DNA of 64,000 nucleotides from Candidatus Omnitrophota bacterium (GTDB taxonomy: Bacteria; Omnitrophota; Gorgyraeia; Gygaellales; Profunditerraquicolaceae), in assembly GCA_029561735.1 (NCBI GenBank), contig JAKQWZ010000019.1, positions 19,388 to 83,387 of the forward strand, read 5' to 3'. The position numbers were made by a program, and so were the translations under genes. Below are positions 47,482 to 59,400 of the stretch, one piece after another; within the stretch, counting starts at the first letter, position 1, and each line of letters begins with the position of its first letter. The notes under the pieces are model-generated. The model was not told the origin of the DNA. It ran no database searches and saw nothing but the letters and a program-made list of their open reading frames with translations.

Positions 47482-50400
47482 TTATCTTATCCTACCTACA
47501 GGGACTGTCCCCGAGGAGCCATTGTTTACTTCAGGCGACGAAGGGGACTGTCCCTTACTCGGGGACACTTCTGTGAGGGATTTCAGAACCGTCCCTACTT
47601 TGCCGCGGACAAATAAATTGCAAGCAGGCGCTAATTCAACCGGCATCCGGCCCCGGCTCTCAATCCTCTGCCAATCTTGGCCAGAGCTATTAAATTTCAT
47701 CGCATCTTCAACATCAGCAATAACAGTTTCTACATATTCAAAAATACCCCGTGCCTGGCAATGAAGCAATAATGATAACTGCGGTTTGGTCAGGGGATAA
47801 CGCAAAGCCACATAATTTCCTTGTCCTGCCTGTTGGGCAGCCCAATCTACGATTTTGCACCACGTCTTTACGCGTTCATAGAAATTCTGGCAGAATGTGC
47901 TGATAGATAAATATAAGCTATTATCCGACGTGGTCAAGATTGCTCCGGCTACAGCCACAAACCTGTTGTTGTGCTCGATCAAATATACGTTCCTGTTTAA
48001 GGCGCGCATGATAAACCCTTCGCCGAGGTTCGTATCATGACCAGTAAGCGTAGTGCCCCACTGAGCCGTAGTCATGTCTGCGTATATATTAAAAGCTTCT
48101 TTTAATAATTCCAAAAACGGCAAATCTTTATCGCTGACAAATTTAATCGCAAATGCCGGATTATTAGTTTTAAAAGATAGCCACAACATCATTATCACTA
48201 TTTCGGCGATTGCGTTTTTTACCAGCCTGTCCGGATTGCTGCCAAGTATCACCAGCAGGCGGCTGGCAACCCTTTCAATAAGCAAAGGGTTATCCAGGCA
48301 AAGTTGAACTAAAGCATTTGTCAAATCATGATTAATACAGCATGGCTGCATATTGATATCAGCAGAATTAATGATCATCTGATCGATATCTTCATCAGTT
48401 GGTATAGTCAAACCATCTTTTACTTGCGATTTAGGCATGACCGAGCCCTCTTTTTCATTTTGGCGAGGGAATCCCGAGCCGCTTCCATTAGGCTTTGAGC
48501 GGCGAGGGGCTCCGCACCCCCCGTCCGCCGGCGGTTCAGGACGTTTGCCTTCTGCAGGATATGTGCCACCCAAATCTTCAATAGCTGTAGGGACTGTCCC
48601 CGCCGTGTCATTTTGCTGGGCGCTCAAAGGGGACTGTCCCTTATCCGGGGACACTTCTGTGAGAGATTTCAGAACCCTGCCTTGCCGGCAGGCAGGCGTC
48701 CCTCCTTTTATATATCCGATTTCAAAAGCATAGGTTAACAAATCAGTGTTGTTGCGCTCAAACCATCCGGATAACTCCTTGAACTCTAGCTCTATATAAT
48801 GATGCAGATACATCCTGCCGATGCTGGTATTAACATAAACGTTGTATTCAAACTGGCGCTTTGGATAACGCAACCTGTTGATCTCATCTCCGAATATTGA
48901 ATCAATATTATTCCACCAAAGATTATGGCACCCTAAAGAACAAGGATCATCGCAAGGCCGGTCTTTGCCCAGCTCATACGAAAAACTTCTACCCGCTCTA
49001 AGCATCACTATAGTAAAATCATCTTTTTGCCAGGGAATAGCCAATCGATTTTCACCGCTGACATAAAAATACCTTTGGCAAACTCTGCCCCTCCAATTTG
49101 AACGGTTAAATCTCAAATGGATGAGCGGAAATAAATTTCGCAGTAAATATTTGAAAGAGGCCGGATAGGGTATCTGTTCCCAGCAATCTACTTCTTTATA
49201 TGTAGTATCCATTAAGCCATCTCCGCCCATACTATCATCAACAAACAAAAGGTTAACAGTGCTTTGGGCTACTATCTCTGCCCATTTATCCATAAATATT
49301 AAATCCGCCTCGCTCTCATGCAGCGAAGGAAGAACTTCGATGGTTGTATCCAGATAATACTCAATTTTTCCCTCATCCAGCCACTCTTGAGCCAAGATAA
49401 ATTCTGCCTGTTTTAACGGTATTCTCCTCTGCTGCGATAACTGCGCAGCAAGCCGGTCAAACTCAAGCTTAGCCTGTTCGGGGTTTTCCAACTGCTGCCA
49501 CCATTGATCAATTGCCCAGACATACGGGACTCCGCTGCGGGCCATGCCAATGACCAATACTGATTTTTTAGTCTGCCTGCTTAAATCAATAGCTACATCA
49601 TTGACATTGCCGGCATCAGCTGCGCTGTGGGCAATCAAACCCTCCAACTGCCAGCGCCGGTAAGCGCTTCCCCGGCTAAAACGGGCTAACTTAATTTCTT
49701 CATCTAATAAATACAGCTGGCTTTTTGTTTCCTCCTGCTTTATTTCCAAACACTGCACTCCCGGGCAAGACGGAATCATTAACAACGGTTCCGGCCCTGG
49801 ATCAATACCGCGAAAAACATTGATCAGAAAATCAAATGCATCCGGATCTTGCTGCGGATAAATTTTACGGATCATGCCGGCCAATTGCTCGCCTAAACAG
49901 TATCCGATTTTGCCTTCTACTTCTTCTACTTCAATTAATTCAGTGCCTTGCGGATTAAATGCAAGGATATATTCCCGAACCCTTTTTATTGCTTCCTCTT
50001 GCGGCAATCCTACTAAAGTAGAACCAAAATTTGATCCTTGCTCATAATTATCTCCCTGCCGCACCCAGCCCGAAGCCAAAACAGCAAAACAAGTGGCAAA
50101 ACAATTATTAGTATCACTATCACACAAACCTAACGCGCATTCCAGGAAATGGCCTGCTTCATGGCAAAATGTATGTTTTTGCCAATGATCTTGCAGGCTT
50201 ATATACTTCCCATATCTGCTATGCTGGCCGTTTATCATGCAATCCGGCAGATTATTAATTTCTTTTTGTGTATCTATTACATAATCTAATGAAAACCAGG
50301 AAAACATGCCTGAAACAATTGTCATAACATAAAATATGAACCAATGATGGCTGTGGAGAACAGGATATAATAACGACAAATATAAGGATATATTAATCAG

Positions 50401-53400
50401 TTCGGCTAATGCTATGCAATTTCTCTGGCGCAACATATAATTACGCATTGAATTAATGCTATAGCCTTTTATTTTTTTGACGATTTCTGCGGCTTCCTTG
50501 GAGCCGGGATCAATAAAGCGCTTTAATAATTCTGCCAGATACGGCTTTACTTCTTGCCAATTATCTAAATTGTGATCAACCCTTACCCTTTCAACTGCTT
50601 TTTGGAAATCTACTGCCGGCGCAGGCAATGGTTTTTCAAAAAGAGAGTAATAAATTCTGACTTTATCCTGAGTAAACATATCATGGTAGAAACTGGCCGC
50701 GTGCTGTTGAACAAAGAATTCGCTCTTGCGCGCATCGCTATAACGCAAACCTAATTTTCTGCCTGCGTTTTTCAGATCTCTAACCAGCCGGGCATATTCT
50801 GTTTCTAAATATAATTTCCCTCCGGGCTTCAAAACTGCAAGAATACCGTTCAAGTTAGCGTAAAAGCTCTCCGTTGGTTTTTTTCGGGAAGTATATTTGA
50901 ATACTGCATCGTCGCCGTTTAAATTAGGGAATTGCACAATGACAAAATCCGCTGTTGAGGGTTCGATCTGCCCCTGCAGTACTCTCAAACTATCTCCGTG
51001 GAAAATATGTATATTCTTTATTCCCAGCTTATCTGCCTCAGTTTGCAATTTTTCAACCAAATATTGATCTACTTCTATCAGATAATAATCAATATCCGGA
51101 TTGTTAATCGCCCGCTGGATTGCTGCCTTGCCATTGCCAAACCCGAGCTCAATACCTATCGCCCTATCAGAACTTGTGGCTTCCTGCCCTTCAAAAAATG
51201 CCGGGTCATTGGCAAATGCGTGGCCTACACCGTAGCGTTTTTCGCTGTACTTTATGGTATAAGAATTTTCTAATTGCCTAACCTGCTCAATATCGCTGCC
51301 GGGAATCAGCACAAAAATAAAATCACCGCTGCGTAGTTCATAATATGCCTTTATTTGTGTGTTGCCGCCTAACTTGTGATAAACCTCAAAAGGATAGCGC
51401 CAGATTTTTGGCCGGGCGGTTAAAGAGCGTTTTATCCAAAGCTCGCCATCCTCATCGTCTTCTACGGAAAAAAGCAATTTATCCGCTGCTCCGGACAGAT
51501 CATTTTCATAGACTGCCAGCTCAATTGCCCCTTGCTGCCATAATTTATGCCGCGCAATCCGCACGCACATCCGGCTATCTTCGCCAGCGCCTAAACGCCA
51601 TGATGTATTGGTGAAAAATGCTCCGTCATTGGCAAATGCGTGGCCTACACCGAAACGCGGCTGTGCAAGATCAATCAATCGCTGAAGCCCAACAGGCATA
51701 CCTCTGGAAGTTTTTTCTTTTAGCCGGTAATGCATTAATAACCCGCCTAGAGTTTTGCCTGCGCATCTTTTAATCGGTACGGAAAAATCAGCCAGTTTTT
51801 CCACTGGCCTACCCAGCTCTTCTACCAATAACCTGATAAACCCTATTTGTATATCTTCCGGAACATTATCCCAGCGGTTAATTCTGCCTTTGCTTAGCTT
51901 CTTGACAAAATAATCCAGTGTCAGATTCTGGTTGAGTCCTATCCTCTCCTTAATATGAGCTAAAACATCAGCAGCGCTCTCTTTTGGATACTGCTTTCGA
52001 TAATATTTCCATAATGACATTAATGATTTATTGCCTAATGCCTTTACCTTCAAGGTAAAATCAGTGCTGCTTAATTCGCCGGCGTCTTTTTTCTTATGTT
52101 TTAAGGCAAGCTCAATAAAATATCGTTGCACATCCAAAGGCACCTGCTCCCATTTATCAAAATGCTTCTGCCTGATAAAAAATCTTATCCACTCTTCGGC
52201 GCTAACCGGATGCTCTTTGATACCTAGCACTTCTTTTATTTTTAATACCACCTCCGGGCGGGATAATTCCGGATACCTTCGGCAATAATAAGTAAGCATC
52301 CCACCCAGGCTTTTTCCCGCTAATAATTTTAATGGCGCTACAAAGTTATAAACCATCACCTGGAAAGATAATTTTCCGCGTTCTTTCGCGGCCTCTTCAA
52401 CAAATTCTCTTTGAATATCTAATGGCGCTTCCGACCAGCAATGGAGCATGCCACTCTTTACTTTTTCCACCCATTCACTAAAACTTAATCCCTGCTGCTT
52501 GATTCCTAGCTTTTTCATAATCAACCGGTTAATCTCATCAGGGGTTGCCGGCTGATGCTGACGGGCATAATAACTGAATAATCCGCTAAGCTGCCTGTTG
52601 CCTAAAATAGCGATCGGCTTGCGGTAATCCTCGCTTTTAAACTGCCCGGGCAGCTTTCCTAATTCAGCAGCTGCCAATTCAATAAATCTTTTCTGCGCTC
52701 TTTCCGGGATTTTGCGCCAAAGAGTAAATTGTCTTTTTTGAATAAAATCAGTAAATATTTTTTCCGGCATTGCCCCTATTGCTACCGGCAGGCTAACCAA
52801 ATCCTCTTGTTCTGTACCTTCTGGCTGCCTGTGATAAATCCGGACCATTGCCCGGTGAATAAAATCTTCCCAGTTATCAGGCGCTATTGCTCCTGCAGCG
52901 ATAAAATTATCCACGCAATACAATGCCCTATTAAGGCATTCGGCTAACAACTCTTCAGTTTTGCCCTCTTGGATCATCCGGTCAAGGCGGGCTAACTCTA
53001 TAATTGATTCTTTGCGCCACGGCGTTGCCTGTTGAGTAGCTTTTTCCTGCCCAAGCAATGCTCCCAGGCAAAACACCGGAGAAACGAAAAGCCCAAAGGA
53101 TGAATGATGATGGACGAGGAGCGATAGAAGGGCCAATATCAATATGCCGGCAAGCAATCCGGATTCGCCGGCTGAGCTTTGCAGCGCCTTTATAATTTTT
53201 GTTTTGGCTCTTTGCAAAGCGTTATCTATTTTTTTGACCCCGACTTTTAAAGTTTCTGCTGCTTCGGCATATGAATCGCCCATGCGCGCTTTAAGCTCAA
53301 AAGCTAGCCTCTCAATCGGCGATAAATTAGCTGCGGCTATCAATTGCCTGAGAACTTCCTGGTTAATACTATGCATAAATGCGTCTTCGGCAGGCGGATC

Positions 53401-56400
53401 AGGAAGCTGGTCGCCGATTTCTTCACTATCATCTTCAAACCTGTATCCGTTTAAAGAAAGATTATTCGGATCCCTTAAGTAGCTCTTAATAGCGCTGCGC
53501 ATAGCATTTTGAGCTGCCCCGCGTAAGTACTTCGCTAAGCTTCCCTTATTATGGTCATATCTTCCGGAGCGTAGCGCCTGATCCATCCTTTCTTCGCATA
53601 GAACAATTAATTCATCTGTTTCCAAACCCGGATAATCTCTGTGTGTTTTCACAGCCTCTATGCGGGCTATCCATCTGTGCTTTTCTAAAATATCTTCTTC
53701 ACTTTCGCCAAATCCGTTTAGCTCATTACTCCTTCTGGTAATCCGGCGCAAAATATCCCGGCGCTCTTTTTTTCTGCCTGCTTCGATAAATAAAGCCACC
53801 TCATCATTGGCTAATTGTTTTTCGGCTTGAACTAATTCTACGTCTGACAAAGCGCTTTCTGCGGGCTGATTAGCCTCTGCAGCCATCGCCTCTGCCTCCA
53901 AAGTTAAGCCGATCTGCCTGCGCACCACATAAGCCACATACTGCTTCCACATCATTTGCTGGTGTTTAGCTACTATAGCTTCCCGGCGCCTTCTTTCTAA
54001 TCGCGCTTTCTGCTCTGCTCTTTCTTGCTGCCGGGATATCCGCGCTGCTTTACTGGCTTCTTTTTGCGCCAAGCGCTCTACTTCTTTTGCCTTTTTAAAT
54101 TCCGCAACAGCATTATCTGCATCTCTGCGGATTTCCTCCTCCCATTCCCCGGGGCTTTGCGCAATAAAATCCAATCCGGTATGGGTTTCAAAAACTTGCG
54201 GTTGCATTTCTGCTTCAATTTCAAGCTTACGCACTTCCAAGCTCTTTAAAGCCCTGCCTACTCCGGATATATGCCAACCACTCTTTCTCTGCCCAGAACT
54301 GGAATAAATCCTTACCGGAGCCATGTCAGCTAAAATAGCTCTGACTTTATCTGCATCAACGCCATATTTTTCCAGCAACTTAACCAAATTTTTAGCCGCC
54401 ACATTACGCATACTGAATACCGAATCTTTAGTTTTATCCATTGCCTGCATTATGGCCGGCATATTCTGTTTATCAACAAAATATGCTTTTAGTATCGCGG
54501 TATTGTCTTTGGTGAATTTCAAGCCGTCTATCACCCAGCCTCCGGCGATAACAGCTTCCAGCTCAACAATAATCTGGCCCAAGTATTTTGGTAAATCTGC
54601 TAACCTATCTTTAGTTAAAACCGGCCCGATTATCTTTTTATCCAGCTCCGATTCCAGTATTTGGTAAACCCTGCTTTTTGCTTCACCCAAAGCCCGGGCA
54701 ACTGCTTTTACTCCGTCGCAGCGGTAAGCAGCGATATTCTGCACTCTTTCTAACTCAAAATTTGCGGCAATCTGCTCTTCAGTTAAAGCTTCCAAATAAT
54801 ACAGTTTTAAAGTTTCCCTCCACACCGGCCTCAGGCCTTTAACCGAGGCTTGCGGATTTGTTACAATCCTGATTATTTCCCGGCTTAATTCCTGATCAGT
54901 TATTACAGGAACAACTGATCCATTTTGCACCAGCCCGAACAATACAGGTAACCCTACAAGTAGGGACGGTTCTGAAATTACCTTCAAAGGTGTCCCCGAC
55001 AGGAACGCTTCTGTGAGGGAATTCAGAACCGTCCCTAAAGAGGCAACAAGCTCGCGGCCAAAGAGCAAGGCCGCCAGAGCCAGCAAGCCTACAACCACCG
55101 CAGCAATAACTCCTATACGACCCTTGCTATCTAGAAGTAGGTTATCGGCAACCGCTTTAGCTGCCCAAAATTCTTCAGCATAAAATCTTTCCAGCTCTGC
55201 TCTTTTATTGCGATAAGCCGGATTAAAAGCAGGGATATTATGCGGCGGCACTGCGGGATACCGGAAATACCCCATCAGATCATCGATCATCGGGAATACT
55301 TCACTATGAATAGTATCATCGTCTTCTAAATACATCTGCTCCTGAGCTAGCCCTATATCCTTAAAGGCAAGGCCAAAATCAGCAACGTGCATAATTTTTA
55401 GTTTACCGTCAGGCTCTCTAATAAGCCTGAAATTACCCTTATGCATATCAGAACGCGGAGCTGTTATTGTTCCGTTTCCTAAAACAGAGGTTTTCATCCT
55501 TGAGTTAATCCAACCTAAAGCGTGCAAACGCGCAAGAATGCTTAACACCTGCTCCGACACGCTCTGCGCCTGCTCAAAATCAAGCATATCCGGACGGATA
55601 TTTTCCAGCCTTTTCGCGTCCTGATATTCAAAAGCCGTGATAACCAGCGGCCCTTGCGCAGTGTAGACGATCTGCCTGCCAAAGGCGTCAATCACACAAT
55701 CGGTATTGACTAATTTAAAAATGGGCAATGTTACCCCTGCGTTAGCGCCAAAATTATTTACCAGATCAGCAGAAACATCAAAATCACTTTCCGATAAGAG
55801 ATGCCTGCCGTATTCAAACATATCCCCGGTCATTTTAAATTCCATAGCATCAGTCACAACACCTGACTGCATGATAAAGATTATCATCCTGCGGAAAGAT
55901 TCGGTTATAGGCGTCATATATACATCTCCAAATAAATGCGTGTATATACCATTATCCAAAGCGTATTGCAACGGCGGACGCGGATCTTTGGCGCTTATTT
56001 CAGGCGGATATTCCTGACGTAATTCACTGCCCAAATGGATAAGCTCGCGCAAATTCTGCATATCAATGAACAAATTCAGGATACCCGGATGTTTCTGCGC
56101 AAAACTACTAACAGCTATATCTTCTCCGGAATCAAGGAAAGTAAATTTACTGCAGGAAGTAGCGATTACAGCAATCAAACATACCGCAAGCAGGGACGGT
56201 TCTGAAATTACCTTCAAAGGTGTCCCCTCTGGTGACAGTTGTGTAAAGAAAATCAAAACCACCCCTAACAATATCACTTGCATAGGTTTTTCACTAACAG
56301 CGGTACGGATTTTACCCGATAGCCGATAAAACCAATCTTTTACTCTGGTAAATAATTCCGGCCAGCAAGAAAGTTCTTTGGCTTCTTTATGGAGAGAAAT

Positions 56401-59400
56401 AACTCTATGGAATATTTCATCGTGGCCATGGAAAACCTGATGCTGCAGCGCCCTTAATGCGTAGTGGCATTTTACGGATTCCGGGACGTTTTCCGGGGTA
56501 AAACCGTTTTCTTCCAGTTTTTGTTCGTAGAATCTCTGGTCAGTTACAAAAGCAAGGATTTCGTCTGCGGTAATTAACTCTGCGGCATTGGCTGCGTGGC
56601 CTAATTCGTGGAACTGGGCAAGCGGATTATCAAAAATACTGCTGTGTAAGCCGACTACCGGCGCACCGTCATACATCGCGGCAAAACCGGGAATATCCAG
56701 ACTACGGTCAATTTCTATCAATAAGGAACGCGGGTCTTCGGTGATATCTACAAGGATTATCTCTAAGGCGCTGTCAATATCACTGATCCCTATACGGGTA
56801 AAATCCGCAAATCTCTCCGGAGGCGCGCGTATGCCGTGGATAGTGGCTTCTTCTTTTTGCTTAGCCCCAAACCTGCGGATCATCGCCTTGATTATCACCT
56901 GATCATCCGGCAAAATCTCCAGCGACTCTATTTCTATACTCTCATATTTTCCTATAGCACCGCATTTTGGCTCAGTTTCAGCTGATTCCCGTGCAGAAAC
57001 AGGGACAGAATTATTGCTTCCGCCTCCAGACAACTTCCAAAGCGCTAATCCGGCTATTGCAATTAATCCAGCAAACGAAGTGGCAAGTGGCAAGTTGCAA
57101 GTTACAAGTGGGATGGAAAATGCTGGAGAAGCAATAAACAATAAAACTAATAGTGGTAATACAACAAATCTAAATAGCGGAGCCCAATTTATTCGGGATT
57201 TTCCCTGCTCCACAATGCCTCTTTGTTCCAATAATTTCTCGATATTCCCGTTTGCTTCAATCAAGTCTGAATGCGTTACCACCCGGGCAAGCAATTCTTC
57301 ATATAGATCCTGAGAAATAGCCCTGCCCTCCTTTGCAACTTTTAATCCCGATTCAAAGAATTCTTTTTCTTCATCAATAATCAAGTATATGAGATGTAAT
57401 TTGCGCGGAATGCCGAATATATAATGATACCAAGGATAAGCTGCAGCTTCTTTGACAATTGCACGATATTGAAAGCCTCTCATAAATAAATAGCCGCATC
57501 GGCTGAATTCTTCAATAGTCTCACCTTCAAATCCGCGGGCAAAAGATGAACCATCGCAATAATACTTTGCCAGATAGATTAAATTACGCAAAGCAATTGC
57601 TCCTAAAAGATAAAATACAATACTATAATTACAATGATATAAACAAAATACTCCCAACCCGAATAATAGAACCAATGTAAATGACTTAACGCCTATTCTA
57701 GAATCAAGCCCGGGATGGATTCTTCCAACAAGCATAATATTAAGCAGATTATATTTCCCGCCGTAATCCGCCGCGGCTGTATGCTGCCAATAATTTGTGC
57801 TTTGCGCTAATTCTTTAATTCTCTCATTCTGACTTAGTATCTTCTCTTCTATATCATTATGCTCACGCCAATTTCGTCCTCTTTCCCACCCACCCCAACT
57901 GCCGGGAGCAATGCCAAGAAAACCTACAAGATCCATTGGCCAGCCAAATAATTTATAAATAAACTTCCTTACTTGAACAGATAAGCTATTGGCCTGACAT
58001 TTAAACTTATCAGATATATCAATTCCCAGATAGCTGTAAACTCTTTTGACGTTTTTCCAACTTTGTTGATCTAGGTAATTGATATTACAAATGACAAGTT
58101 CAGTGGCGGCAATAGATACGTCTAAAATAGAAAAAATAATTTCGTCTAAACAATGCCAATGATATTCACCTATCCTTGTTGGCCATACTAATAAGGCTTC
58201 TACGATCTGATCGGGAGAAATGATATAGCCTGCCTGTCGGCGGATAACTTCTGCGGCTATTGAGAAAGTCCTGCCGACTAACTCCGGCGGGATATCTTTT
58301 GACTTAATATCTTTAAATTCTTCCTTGAGCAATTCAATTTCCCGCTTTAGCTGATTTTCGGATATCCCTTGAAGAAGTTTTTCGCGTAAAGCAAGGATAA
58401 ACTGCGCCTGTTCTTTTAAGTCTTCCGGCCAGATATATTCTGACGCGAATACTGTTCCGTCTTCAGTTACCGGCGCAACGACCTTTGGAACCGCAGAACC
58501 AATTACATTTGGCTTTTTCTGGAAAAATCCGGCAATCACTAACATTGCCAAAACAGCTAATCCAACTATTGCAATTAATTCAGCTGCGCCTGCGGGTGGA
58601 GCGTGGGGCTGGACCGATTTCCAGAACTGCTCAAGGCCGCCCGAGTAAAAACCATCCAACATGCCGGCAAAAGGAAGGACTAATAAAAACGGCATCCCAG
58701 ATTTAGCAGCCGGCACATTAGTAACTTGGGCGGCTCTTTCTGACAGCTGCTTACCCTCCTCAATTATCTGCGAGTAAAGATGCAAGGCTTGTTGCGAGTC
58801 GCGATCCAATACAAAATAATAAATGGATAATAATTCCTTATCTGTCAGATGGGCACGCCCTTTGTAGAAATACTTAGCCAATAAGCCTTCAAAATATTTT
58901 ATTTGCATATCAGTATAGCCGCTGCGGGCTTTGAATTCGTTTCGTTTTTGGCGGGCATACCTAGCTTCCTTAACTAATACACAGCTTACGTAAATAACCG
59001 ATATTGCTATCCATGTAATAGCCAAAATCACCAGCCACTCGGATAAACTTCCCGGCCAGCCAATAGCTACAAATCCTAAACAGCCCATGCCTTTCCATAA
59101 ATCATCAGGGTTGTCGCGCATCAGGCTGCGGATTGTTTTAGCAAATTCCTGGGGAGAAAAACTGAATTGCTTCCCGCTACTTTGGTTACCCCAGCCAGGC
59201 CATAATTTTGCCATCCTGCGATTAATGGTCAGATTAGCGCGGTAAAATCTCCCCTTGACTGTAGGCACACTTACACCCAGTAATCCGGCTATTTCTCTTA
59301 AATTGTAGCCTTGCATTGCCAAAGCCACTACTTCCCGGCGTTCTGACGGCAATGATCTAATAATATCCTGTATTGCTAAAACCTGCTCTGCACACGCCAT

